Below are positions 18,701 to 29,000 of a stretch of DNA of 64,000 bases, piece after piece. A program made the position numbers and the translations under genes. Each line of letters begins with the position of its first letter. Positions within the stretch are counted from its first letter, which is position 1. The notes beneath the pieces were generated by a model that worked only from the letters and a program-made list of their open reading frames with translations, was not told the DNA's origin and did not search any database. Origin of the DNA: a virus (lineage: Duplodnaviria > Caudoviricetes); the IMG/VR virus record IMGVR_UViG_3300001594_000003, positions 32,001-96,000 of that record; one strand, 5' to 3'.

Positions 18701-19428
18701 CTTCCACCTACACTTGCGGTACGTACACGGTAGTCGATAGCTTCCTAGTCAACATCCTGGGACAAGCCGACGTACTTAAGGAATTGCTCATCATCGGACC
18801 TGACGCGGTTATCGGCGATCAGCAGACTCTGTACACTGCCGAACTGTTCAAGACAGGTGAGGTAGTAGAGCCTGGTAAGGGATTGACCGTAGCTGCTGAG
18901 TGGAGCATCGTGAACCCTGACGGTCGTGTCGCTGTTAACGGTAGCGGTCAAGTGTATGTTGTAGACGCATCCAGCTCGTTTACCTTTATCTTGAAGGCCA
19001 TGTACCAAGAAGGATTTGAGAAGGTAGAAGCGACCAAGGAAATCAACGTCATCCGCAACGCGCGACCTATATTCGGTGTTGGGCCAATCGGAGTTCGTAA
19101 CGATCCCGAAATCGCAGACTACTTAGACAAAGAGCTTCCTACGGTAGCTTCTGGTCAGCGATTCACCTTGACTGCCGGCTCAGGTCAGTATATGTACTTC
19201 TGCTACCCTGCCAGTTTGGGTCTCGCCGAGTTCATCGATACTGCATCGCAGTTTATCGGCGGATGGGATGGCGCGTCCTGGCCTGATGACGGTTCAGTCG
19301 GTGATCAAATGGGGCCGATCGCTATTCAGCGTACCAATGAACTCGGTATTTCTTCCACGTGGTATCTGTATCGTACGGACTTTGACGGGATCGGTACCTA
19401 TACTTACGAAGTGACATTCGGACATTAA
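15769..19428 (+). CDS. large baseplate protein (gp7-like N-terminus) with Ig-like repeats and two GGWDGASWP domains
   Basis: Repeated I.GP..V.E...Y.A...YS.G units; TAATG coupling. Confidence 0.75.
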   Translation: MEKTNFEGLQPEIFYAQPWFADFMEVYAQVLDDRIRYPIYQLEKIRDITAQSDSYVIMQTLKQIGFDLPTDFVRHNLNVLAQSIPMLTLYAERSGTNDYARTMSFIYGRSIDATTLYTEDYANFYTQPYGPLQVDGGEWYKTTHVELGMQMLASDYSLLLPRNKTIKDRFLEAFYEFAPWNVVVERFHFNVDIEIPLFITGRIIKQPKRYIDVGIGDLKVTDMKIIGPGQVYESSIHEYELYVTLENGSGSTVDVFPRRPLLGVAGFAANEAELKTFTELSNYDQIVKLTVPDNQYGYLCYPKSMGLATFTDTSLGIEGGWDGASWPEFDVGDQYGPIVVSRTIGDTTSDWYLYRTDFSGLGEVEYEIKFDNPGVDEHDTVTTGSTDTYVTQTVQVKGNWSSNRTGLVDWTDGFASFGNVGLDTSMLIYAEYQGRSVSKAVLVKNNTSNVRSIEIVGPSSVRAMESEAYQVIAHTDSGEEVADVPISTVSVYGYMEGNLLHIYQINEDSPVYLRAELALPDGQVLKATRRIEALYVDPEVHLVHLEITGPSEFYENEQKQYHCIAHYSNGTSEGVLAVWNSGCAGVYITPSGELFSSTTESDLNLKLKATHQNRNVTLTAELPVKFRRREITVTHTEILGPNTVIELTKNQFQTVARFSDGSTGVIEAEWSSDRYYINDRGELEVGSVGATPIQLTVRSRVDGRLAIKQVTAINTPVTLDNLLITGPDDLREGASGKFTAYAHYSNGRDIEIAPEWSIRGNPSWVSIDANGLLSFSDPEDGIIEVSAVYRVAGRVLTQTKPLVLVPKTRIIQGLLVSGPNEVFEGERIYLTGTAVYSDGKIETVSPLWSVSSSDPLNDPEAMADIVSPGVLQGRTVYEDTKVVAIARYFKEIAEFEITVKPKIENSPDKPISSRIIGPAAFYSDQRGSYSHMILFEECPAELAVSSDWSIDVGPDVAVIDNAGFLWSVNGRSAVVTVTSTYTCGTYTVVDSFLVNILGQADVLKELLIIGPDAVIGDQQTLYTAELFKTGEVVEPGKGLTVAAEWSIVNPDGRVAVNGSGQVYVVDASSSFTFILKAMYQEGFEKVEATKEINVIRNARPIFGVGPIGVRNDPEIADYLDKELPTVASGQRFTLTAGSGQYMYFCYPASLGLAEFIDTASQFIGGWDGASWPDDGSVGDQMGPIAIQRTNELGISSTWYLYRTDFDGIGTYTYEVTFGH

Positions 19429-19437
19429 GGAAACACA

Positions 19438-19680
19438 ATGAACATCAAGATGCCAAGCGGCCGTACAGTAGTAAACCCATTCGCACAGGATGAGAAGCCG
19501 CAACAAGTAGTAGCTTCCGCTGATGGCCAAGAAGTTGCCGTAGCCTCTGTTGACAACTCCAACGAAGGCGTGTGCCCGAAGTGTCGCGGTAGTATGGGTA
19601 CTGGGATCATCCCACAGGGTCAAGTTTACTACTGCACAGGTTGTCGTGTGACTACGCCAATCCCGGAAGATGGAGTGTAA
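19438..19680 (+). CDS. small Zn-ribbon protein
   Basis: CPKC...CTGC; TAAGGA SD. Confidence 0.7.
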   Translation: MNIKMPSGRTVVNPFAQDEKPQQVVASADGQEVAVASVDNSNEGVCPKCRGSMGTGIIPQGQVYYCTGCRVTTPIPEDGV

Positions 19681-19683
19681 CTC

Positions 19684-21996
19684 ATGGCAGCAGAAGTCCT
19701 TGAACTATCCGACGTTGGCCTTAAGGCAATCAACAACGCATCGGCTGGTGGACAACTGGTAGACGCCACGTTCTTCAAGATCGGCGATTCGGCCAGCAGC
19801 CCACAGAAGCGCGATATGACTGATATCCTCGGACAGACTCTGTTCGAGGGCAGCATTCACCATGTTGAAGTTTTGAACAAAAATACGGCGCGCTTCGTGT
19901 TTGAAGTACCTGGCTATCAGGTTGTAGAAGACACGGAGATTAAGGAAATCGCCGTGTACCTGAGTAACCACGTTAATCTTGGTCGCGCGGTATTCAAAGC
20001 ACCGCTCATCCTGATCAAAGGCGAGACTACTCGATTCAACTGTCTGCTGGTTACGAACCGTTGTGACTTGACCACAATCAATGTCACATTCGGGGATTAC
20101 TCCTCGATACCGATGACTCCGTTCTTGCACCAGTTGCAAGCACCGAGTGAGAGTTCGTTCAACGCTGTGACGGTACTGGACGGACAGCAGAATGGCGACG
20201 GTTCCACCTCGCCTGTTCTAGCAATGCGATACGGAGCTGGCAGCTTTCAGTGGGCATTCAGTAATCACACTCGAATCTACTTCGGTAAGCCCACTGCTGC
20301 CACTTCGACCACAGTGACGGTCGATGGACTGGAGCTTGAAGAAAACGAACTGCTCATCGGGCACATCGTTTCAGGTAACGGCATGGGTCGCACACGTCGC
20401 TTCCGTTTTACCAACAACAAGTTGGTTGAAGCAGACAGCAAGCCCATTAGTGGACTCGATGCGCAGTCTACTATCGCTCTGTGGCGACTGAGTTCTGGTG
20501 CTGGTGCTATCGGCGGTGCATGCCCGTATCCACCTAATCCGAAAGGCGTTCCTAGTGACTGGGTACTGACTCGCGGCTTCGGTGAGTGTCCGCAGTGGGC
20601 CCCTCCGAAAGGCGGTGGCGGTAACGTCAGTACGCTCTACCAAGCACCCAGTAAGCTCGTTATGTCGAGTGTGAACTTCACGGGCACTGGCGACGATGCG
20701 CGGTTTACGTTCGGTGCGCTGAACATCGAGAACGTCAACTACATTCAACCTGCTCTAGGTGGCGTACAGCAGCATCGAAGCGCATTCGATATGCAAGGTA
20801 ACGAAATCGAGTTCGTGGAGAAGATCAGCCCGGATATTCCTGTTGATCTTCGGATGTTCACTCGCATACCGTCAAACGGAAGCCGGTTGATTATCAAGAC
20901 GGACTACTTCGTCGGTGATGGTCAGCGTCAGTCGTTCAAGTTGAGTCAGAAGGTAGAGAACGCCAACTACATCAAGGCGTATATACGCGGTACTCGCCAG
21001 AGTCTTACCACGTATACCTACGATGAAGCGACTCAAACCCTGACGTTCGTGTCTCCGATACCAGAAGGGATCGACGTTGAACTGCGCAGTTTCCGAGTCG
21101 AGGACTACGAAGGCTACAGCACGGTAATCACTACCGCGACCACGACAACAAGCGACGATACGTTGTTCCTTGAACTGCCAGTTACGCCGCAGTCTATCGA
21201 ACAAGTGGAAATCAGCCAGAGCGGTTCCCATATTCACGGCAACCTGTACACGATGGTAGACAACAAGATCATTCTTGCGGGACCCATCCGCAAAGGTCTT
21301 GAAGTCGAAATCACCATCTACGACAACGTGATATCCCAAGGCAGTTCCACTACGAACCTGTCTGGTGTAGTTACTGATGCCGTGTTGACCGGACGTAGCT
21401 TGAAGCTGTTGCGTCATAACGCGAAGCCGATCAGCTTGCCTATCCCAGGTGTTCATCTGGAACAAGGTCCCGGCATACGCATTACTGGCGAACATCCGTT
21501 CTACCGTATCGAGTCTACGATCAGCGAACAACTCACAGACGAGAAACTGAACTTCAAGTTCTCGGACACTCGCGTATCCCGCGATTCCAGTGAGATTCTG
21601 TTCACACACCGTATCAACCTGTCGCAAGACGTGATGGTTCAGGTGTACGCTGATTTCGGCGCAGTGTTGGGTCCTGGATTCCAGTCGCTCGAAGGTCTGG
21701 AGATTATGGAGTTCGTTGTAGGCTTCCGCTCTAGCAAGTCGCGTGAACCTGACTACGGCCGTCAGATCGCTGGTACCAATGTTGCAGGATTCAGTTCGCT
21801 TGCCGGCGATAAGAACGAACGTGCCTACAGTAACGCTTCGATGAGTCAGGTATACGATGTGATTGCAGACAACCATGCCGCCGGTTATATCGACGTTGTG
21901 GTCAAGATGCGTGTGCAGAATGCCAACATTTCGCAGTACGGATCGCTGCTAAGCCTGAACGTCAACATCATCGGAACTCCGAAGATTAAGCGATGA
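19684..21996 (+). CDS. tail fibre/baseplate-attached fibre protein
   Basis: N-terminus LSDVGL.AI.NA...G......FKIGD resembles tail-collar fibre domain; F.GDG....F.L repeats. Confidence 0.7.
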   Translation: MAAEVLELSDVGLKAINNASAGGQLVDATFFKIGDSASSPQKRDMTDILGQTLFEGSIHHVEVLNKNTARFVFEVPGYQVVEDTEIKEIAVYLSNHVNLGRAVFKAPLILIKGETTRFNCLLVTNRCDLTTINVTFGDYSSIPMTPFLHQLQAPSESSFNAVTVLDGQQNGDGSTSPVLAMRYGAGSFQWAFSNHTRIYFGKPTAATSTTVTVDGLELEENELLIGHIVSGNGMGRTRRFRFTNNKLVEADSKPISGLDAQSTIALWRLSSGAGAIGGACPYPPNPKGVPSDWVLTRGFGECPQWAPPKGGGGNVSTLYQAPSKLVMSSVNFTGTGDDARFTFGALNIENVNYIQPALGGVQQHRSAFDMQGNEIEFVEKISPDIPVDLRMFTRIPSNGSRLIIKTDYFVGDGQRQSFKLSQKVENANYIKAYIRGTRQSLTTYTYDEATQTLTFVSPIPEGIDVELRSFRVEDYEGYSTVITTATTTTSDDTLFLELPVTPQSIEQVEISQSGSHIHGNLYTMVDNKIILAGPIRKGLEVEITIYDNVISQGSSTTNLSGVVTDAVLTGRSLKLLRHNAKPISLPIPGVHLEQGPGIRITGEHPFYRIESTISEQLTDEKLNFKFSDTRVSRDSSEILFTHRINLSQDVMVQVYADFGAVLGPGFQSLEGLEIMEFVVGFRSSKSREPDYGRQIAGTNVAGFSSLAGDKNERAYSNASMSQVYDVIADNHAAGYIDVVVKMRVQNANISQYGSLLSLNVNIIGTPKIKR

Positions 21997-22475
21997 CAGA
22001 CCAGCCTGAAATCTTTTACGTTAGGGCAGATAAGACCTGGGGTAAGGCAACTGCTTTGCCTCAGGATGCCTACCAGATAACGGAAGAAACGTTCAATCTA
22101 CTGCAAGACAACGCGGACTGCCTGGACATTTCCATAGTCGACAGCACCCTTCATATCAGCGTTTCACTTATTTCCTATAAGAGAAAAGCACTTCATCTAG
22201 TGGAGCTGACTGTCAGCAATTATCGCGCAGGTGAAGACCAGCTAGCTGATCTGCGGGATTGTGTAATAGCAGAGACCAGTTTCTTCGACAGTGCTAACGG
22301 CAACATATTGGATGCGGTTGAAGCAAAATCCCTATTCGCGTACTTTGTGAGCCGTCAGAACGAGTTGCGTCGCGTCGCATATGTGTACAGTGATCTGGTG
22401 CGTAAAGCCCAATCGCCGGAAGACGTAGACGCGGCACTTGAAAGTTTAGACCAGACTCTTAAAGGTATCCCATGA
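21993..22475 (+). CDS. putative tail fibre assembly protein
   Basis: Small acidic protein after fibre; C-terminal A.S.EDVDA helix. Confidence 0.45.
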   Translation: MTDQPEIFYVRADKTWGKATALPQDAYQITEETFNLLQDNADCLDISIVDSTLHISVSLISYKRKALHLVELTVSNYRAGEDQLADLRDCVIAETSFFDSANGNILDAVEAKSLFAYFVSRQNELRRVAYVYSDLVRKAQSPEDVDAALESLDQTLKGIP

Positions 22476-23872
22476 GCGTAAACGGTGTGTCCGACTCTCC
22501 CTTGCTGGAGAGAGCAGTCTACGGAGATCAGTCAAGAGTGCCGATTGGCGCACCGGTGATTACCAACAAGAAGCAACTGAACTCCAAGGAAATTCAGCTT
22601 CTCATCACTGGAAACGATCTTACCGAGCCGCTGCTCAACCAGTTTGAAACGTTCGGCAATGATGGAAAAGAGGCGTATCGCAAGCCCGAAGAAAATGGGT
22701 TAGATTTTCGTGATCGCCAGAATCTAAACGATAGGCTCATAGCAGAATGGGCTTATGACAGAGACACCGGCGACCTAGTGCTGGTGCGTACAAACAAAGA
22801 AGAACTGCGCTTACCCGGATTCATGCGTCAAGATGACTTCGGCATAGGCGCTACAGGTCCACGCGGTCTTCCTGGGCGTGACGGCAAAGACGGCTTTGAT
22901 GGACGTGACGGCAAAGACGGTAATCCCGGGTGCGCTGGACCACAAGGTCCGGTTGGTAGCATGGGTACTTCTGGTCGAGAAGGTAACCCCGGAGTTATAG
23001 GCATCGAAGGTCCCGAAGGTTGCGAAGGTTCTACGGGCGATCGTGGTGTTATGGGTCCTCAAGGTCGTCCCGGTTTCGAAGGCTCACGTGGTCTGACTGG
23101 ACCTTCTTGTGGTGATGATAAGCAAGGCAGTGAAGGCGCACAAGGCGAAGAATTCGGCCTTGGTGTCATGTTCGGCCTTGCAGCGATGAATGATCGTCGC
23201 GTAGCCATAATGGGACTAGACGATGACGGTATCGACGCAGTTGCTCCACCTGGAGGATGGGGAGGTGCAACAATTCCTCCACCTACTTCCACACCTGCCG
23301 TACCGCCTCCACCGCCGCCTACAGGAACTGCCAAGGTAGACTTATGTACTAACCATGGTGATGTTAAGCAGTCTTGCGGTAATACAGTCAACGCTTGGTC
23401 GAGCACATGGGCAAACTATGATGGACCAAACGGTACAAAAGGTATTTCGAGTCTTCCGCGTCCTAACCAGATCGTGGAGTACATACCAGATAGTCTCGTT
23501 ATGTGCGGTACGTTGGCACCCAACGCTTCGTATCTGATCGAACTGACGACACCGCGGGGCGTAGCGTCTTCGTTGTTTGCCAACTGTTCTATTGTAGGAC
23601 AGACAGATTACCCAGGAGGCACTGCGAAGATTCGTCTGACACCTACGAAACCGACCAGCTTGCGTGTTCGTTATCTGTCGAACGCTGCGAAGATTCCGTT
23701 CTGGGTAGCGCTGCGCATTCTCAACGCGGATACGGGCGAAGTGCTGTATCGTACAGGTCAGAACGCATATAACTCAGGGTTGCAGCCCTCCAAGCCTTAC
23801 GATCCTAATGCAAACACGTACATGACCGATCCAAACTGGCGTGGTAACGCAACAGTCAAGCATTACAACTAA
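22472..23872 (+). CDS. collagen-like fibre protein with Pro-rich linker and C-terminal PA14-like domain
   Basis: Long Gly-X-Y run; C-terminus resembles late domain of 26060..29983. Confidence 0.8.
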   Translation: MSVNGVSDSPLLERAVYGDQSRVPIGAPVITNKKQLNSKEIQLLITGNDLTEPLLNQFETFGNDGKEAYRKPEENGLDFRDRQNLNDRLIAEWAYDRDTGDLVLVRTNKEELRLPGFMRQDDFGIGATGPRGLPGRDGKDGFDGRDGKDGNPGCAGPQGPVGSMGTSGREGNPGVIGIEGPEGCEGSTGDRGVMGPQGRPGFEGSRGLTGPSCGDDKQGSEGAQGEEFGLGVMFGLAAMNDRRVAIMGLDDDGIDAVAPPGGWGGATIPPPTSTPAVPPPPPPTGTAKVDLCTNHGDVKQSCGNTVNAWSSTWANYDGPNGTKGISSLPRPNQIVEYIPDSLVMCGTLAPNASYLIELTTPRGVASSLFANCSIVGQTDYPGGTAKIRLTPTKPTSLRVRYLSNAAKIPFWVALRILNADTGEVLYRTGQNAYNSGLQPSKPYDPNANTYMTDPNWRGNATVKHYN

Positions 23873-23878
23873 GGTTGA

Positions 23879-24568
<690 letters not shown>

Positions 24569-24611
24569 GACAGTACCAATGAACTAATGGGCCAACTAAT
24601 AGTAACAATAC

Positions 24612-24646
24612 TAATTTATGTGTACGCAAATAGGAGACGTACACAT
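24612..24646 (+). promoter_or_regulatory. TAATTTA promoter plus 9-bp hairpin enclosing HNH SD and start codon
   Basis: ATGTGTACG(24618-26) / CGTACACAT(24638-46); loop contains AGGAG. Confidence 0.8.
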
Positions 24647-25508
24647 GATTAGAGCTAAGCATTTGAAGTCTAAAAAAGAACGTAACTTTGGCCGAACTAT
24701 ATTCGATATGGATATAGACTTTTGGAAGAAGTTGAAACTACAGTCTGGCCCATTAAAAACACCATGTTGGATTTATACCCACACGACATTTAAAAATGGA
24801 TATGGTCGTGTGTATAAACAACTGTTCAGAACCCGTATATCGAAAGCCCATAGGTATGCGTTCATACTGATAAACGGTTTACCTGAAGGCTTGGTTTGCC
24901 ATAAGTGTGACGTTAAGTTATGTTGTAATCCAAGCCATCTCTACGACGGTACCCATGCGCAGAACATGCGAGACGTTGTGAAACGTAAAACAGCACCTAG
25001 CGGCACGGATCATTTTCGCTCTGTATTGACCGAAAAACAAGTGGCAAATATTCGAATGTTGGATGCACACATACCAAGAATACACGTTACCTTGATGTGC
25101 CAGTTATACAAAATTTCCAAGCAAACCTTCTTTCGCATACGTAGGTGTGAAAAGTACCCAGATGTGTCCGCATCGGAATTCGATCAAAAACTTATCGATA
25201 AGTATAACGATCGGCTTCGTAAGTATGTGAATGATCTACGGGACACGCAAGGTGCGAGAAAAGAGGTTTCCGATACGGTTTGGATATTTCGACACGACCT
25301 GGACAGGCAAGTTTGTTTCTACCATCACAAAGTTCTCGGCTGTACGCAACAGGCTACCGCTGATTATTTTGCATGTTCCAGAAACGCAGTGCGAAATGCC
25401 CTAAATACCGTTCGTAAAAATGGGCTACCTGTTTTAACGTTTGAACAGTATAAACAAGCTGCGCGGGACTATGAAAAGTTTCGTCCAGAAGCAATGAAGT
25501 CTGCTTAA
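24645..25508 (+). mobile_element. free-standing HNH homing endonuclease
   Basis: CW...GYG...AHR.A...VCHKCD...CCNPSHL..GT..QNMRD; HTH-like C-terminus; AT-richer; sits between collagen paralogs. Confidence 0.9.
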
Positions 25509-25524
25509 AACACAGGATTAACCT

Positions 25525-26046
25525 ATGTCAGGTTTAACAAGAATCCCAGTTCGTATGTTGTCAGCTAAAGGTAAAGCTGGCAGTGACGTTCGATTTGACG
25601 GTACGAACGTAGTTCTCTCGTCAGAGACAGAAGATACAAACGATTACGGTGTTAGTGGTGGTAGATATGATGCGACCACAGGCACTATCACTCTCATGCT
25701 ACGTAACGGCGCTCAGCTTGATCTAACAGGCTTTATGACGCAAGGTGAGATCGGTGTTGGTCCGCCTGGTCCTACAGGCCCTGCCGGTCGCGATGGGCGT
25801 GACGGGCTAAATGGTGTTGATGGTGAAAAGGGAGCTACTGGTTGTCAAGGTCCTGCAGGTCCTCCTGGACGTCAAGGTCCTCGAGGCGAACAAGGCATAC
25901 CAGGACCAACAGGACAGAAGGGTGCCACTGGCCCAACAGGTCCAAAAGGCGAAGACGGCATAGTCACCATCTTCATACAGAGCGAAGACCCTGTTCAGAA
26001 GTCTGCTCAATTCGTAGTCCCTGGGGCGTTGTGGGTCAAGCCGTAA
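25525..26046 (+). CDS. collagen-like fibre protein
   Basis: MSGLTRIP; Gly-X-Y run; LWVKP. Confidence 0.85.
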   Translation: MSGLTRIPVRMLSAKGKAGSDVRFDGTNVVLSSETEDTNDYGVSGGRYDATTGTITLMLRNGAQLDLTGFMTQGEIGVGPPGPTGPAGRDGRDGLNGVDGEKGATGCQGPAGPPGRQGPRGEQGIPGPTGQKGATGPTGPKGEDGIVTIFIQSEDPVQKSAQFVVPGALWVKP

Positions 26047-26059
26047 TAGGAGTGAAGCG

Positions 26060-29000
26060 ATGAGTCGCCTTCGCATTAGAAACAACGATAACAGCCGCTG
26101 GATTGATATTTGCCAAAGCGAGTGGTACGTTCGCAACCCGGCAAATACACATTGGCAGCGTATCATGCCAAGTCAAGGAATGAAAGCCCGTCACGGGAGT
26201 AATGATTACTGGCTAGACATTAACTGTCTGTCAGAGGGAATAGAAGATTGCGAAGCCGAAGACGAATACGGCGGCACTCCAGATGGCAAAGGCGCTAACG
26301 GTTCTGGCCCTGGTACGGGTACTGGAGGTGGTAGTGATAGCGGTGTAGGCGGTAGTGGCAGTGGGACCGGTGGAGGTAGTAGTGGTGGAGTAGGTAGTGG
26401 CGGTGGGGCCGGCGGAGGAGGCAGCGGTGGCGGCCTTAGTGGAAATGGCCCAAGCTCTCCTGACTACAGCAACGACGATTTAGGTTCTGGTGATGGTAGT
26501 GGCGGTGGGACCGGCGGCTGGTCTCCTAATGCCCCCTATCCGCCTGGCTACGATCTTCCAGACAGTGATGGAGATGGCGCAGGCGATCGCGGCGACTGTA
26601 TCTATCGACCCGGATTGAATACTTGTGAATCCAAGCAGCCAGTAATAGCCCGACCAGACAAGGACTGCGGCACTCGTTCTGCTGGCTCGTGGGATTGTCC
26701 GTTCGAGTGTCCGGATTCGGTTAATGGTGCAGGAAAAGGCATTACCGAGTTTTACATTGACATGGGCAATGTCAGCGGCAAAGTCAATCTGCCGTGGAGT
26801 GTGCCTGCAGGTTCAGCCAGCTTCGATGTGTACTATCGTGGTAAGCGTGTTGCAACCACTAGCGGTCAACGTTCTGGTAAAGGCAAGCTGTCTTTCGTGT
26901 TTACCCCGATCGATAATGATGGCAAGCTGTTTGTGCGCGTTCGTACTAAAGTCAATCACGCTCGTTGGACCCTACAGATCAAATGTAAGGACGACGAAGA
27001 CGATGGTACACTAGACGATCCACGCCCATGTCACGGTACCTACTCTGCAAAATCCGGAGGTCAAGGTGTTCACGAGTTTTACCATGCAATGGGTGAGACT
27101 GAAGGTGAAGCGCAAGTTCGATTCCAAATGTGGAATCAACCTGACAAGATGGAAATCTTCCGCGACGGTGTTCTGATCAAAACGACTGGAACATACATTG
27201 CGGGCGAAGGGTCGTTGAAGTTTAACTGGGTGCCTGGTGGATCAGGGTTGATTCTCATCCGCATCACTGCACGCGACCCTGGAACAAGCTGGAACTACAT
27301 GATAAACTGCCCTGGTCAAAAAGGCGCAGAAGACGATCCACGCCCGTGTGATGATACCAGCCCTGTTACTTCTGGCGGTGCGGGTATCACGGACACTTAT
27401 GTCTATATGGGGTTCAAAGCTGGTAAAGTCGGTATTCGCTATCAGATGTGGAACATTCCAGACAAGCTGGACGTGTATCAGAACGGCTCCCTCGTTGCTA
27501 CTACTGGTGGTCCTGTTACAGGCGATCATTGGTTGTATTTCGAGTACGATCCGTCTCGCGGTACTAAGATCATGATCCGAGTTACTGGCAGCGGTAAGAC
27601 TTCGTGGAGCTTTCTGCATACGTGTCCAGGCGAAGACGACCCCAACATTTCGATCAACTCTCCAAGTGTTCGTGAAGGTGCTGAGGGTGAGAATCCGAAC
27701 CTATGTTGGACTGTTTCCATGGATCGCCCGCAGGGTGCACCAGTTACAGTTGACTACGGTACGAACGGCGGTAGCGCTCAGCCTGTAGTTGCGCAAGGTC
27801 GCATTCTCGCTACTGACCAGTTCGACAATCCGTTTATTGCAGTTGTTGACCAAGCTGACGTAGGTAAAGTTGCTTTCGACGGTGGTTTTCCGAAGTTCTA
27901 CAACAACGGATTCAGCGCACCGATGGCTGCTCCTACTGGAACTGAGGTATTTGACACTTGGTGGCGTACTGCTGGAGCAGAACTCTATCAGACTCCAGCA
28001 TCTATTCCGAGCGGCAGTGAAGCTGCCGCGTGGTCGTTCTCTGGTGGCGCTATCCGTTCTACCGTGAACTCCAGCAACATCATCACGTTCTTGAGTCCAG
28101 ACGAGTACGATAGCTATACCTTCGAAGCTACGCTCAGCAGTGCCGACGGCGATAACGACATGGTTGGGTTGGTTGCCGCGTATAAGCGCGTAGGCAGCGA
28201 CAACATGATGATCCTGGCTATTCGTCAACGTGGCGGTATGGGTAACTTCGGAAGCAACTTTAGCTTGGTGCTGTGCAAAAACAACACAGTTCAGCAAGTC
28301 TACGGTGGCGCTAACTACGGCACAAACGGTGGATGGTCTGGCGTAGAAACCAGAGTTCGAGTAGAGCGCGACTGCAACAAGTTGATTGCGTATTGCTCGC
28401 CGTTTGGATCGACGACAATCAATGAAAGTTCCAAGATAGAAATCACTCTGCCTGAAATGTTTTTGCCTTCGTCTCGTTGGGGTTTCTGTGCGCAGTCTCA
28501 GTTGGGCGCTACGTTTGGCAGCATCTTCCTGAGCGGTATCGGCCTTCCGCCCGCTTTTACCTACTTGAAGAACCTGATGTTGTGGTGTGCCAAAGCTGGA
28601 CGTAACCGTATTCTGATTACGTGTGATGCCCCAACAGGAAACACGTACAGTCTGGATAATCAGCCGACAGGCTTCGCACTCTCCATGGCGGGCACTGTAC
28701 AGGCTGCGGGATTTGAGCCTGTTATAAACGATATCTACGCATGGAACGATGTGGGTGTTATTCCGCTTTCCGATATGAATCAGTATGCGGCCATCGTTGT
28801 CATCGGTTCCAATAGTGATCGAGTACCTCGGTTCAAGTCCGCGACTATCGCCAACTTCGGTGAATACGTTCGCACGGGTGGTGGACTGATCTTGATCACG
28901 GATCATGACGTGTTCCAAGCATCGGTTAACCAACTCGCCGCTCTGTTCAATGTCGAGTTCTACGCCAGCGTTGATCGTGCTCCTATCTCTGTAGCGGATA

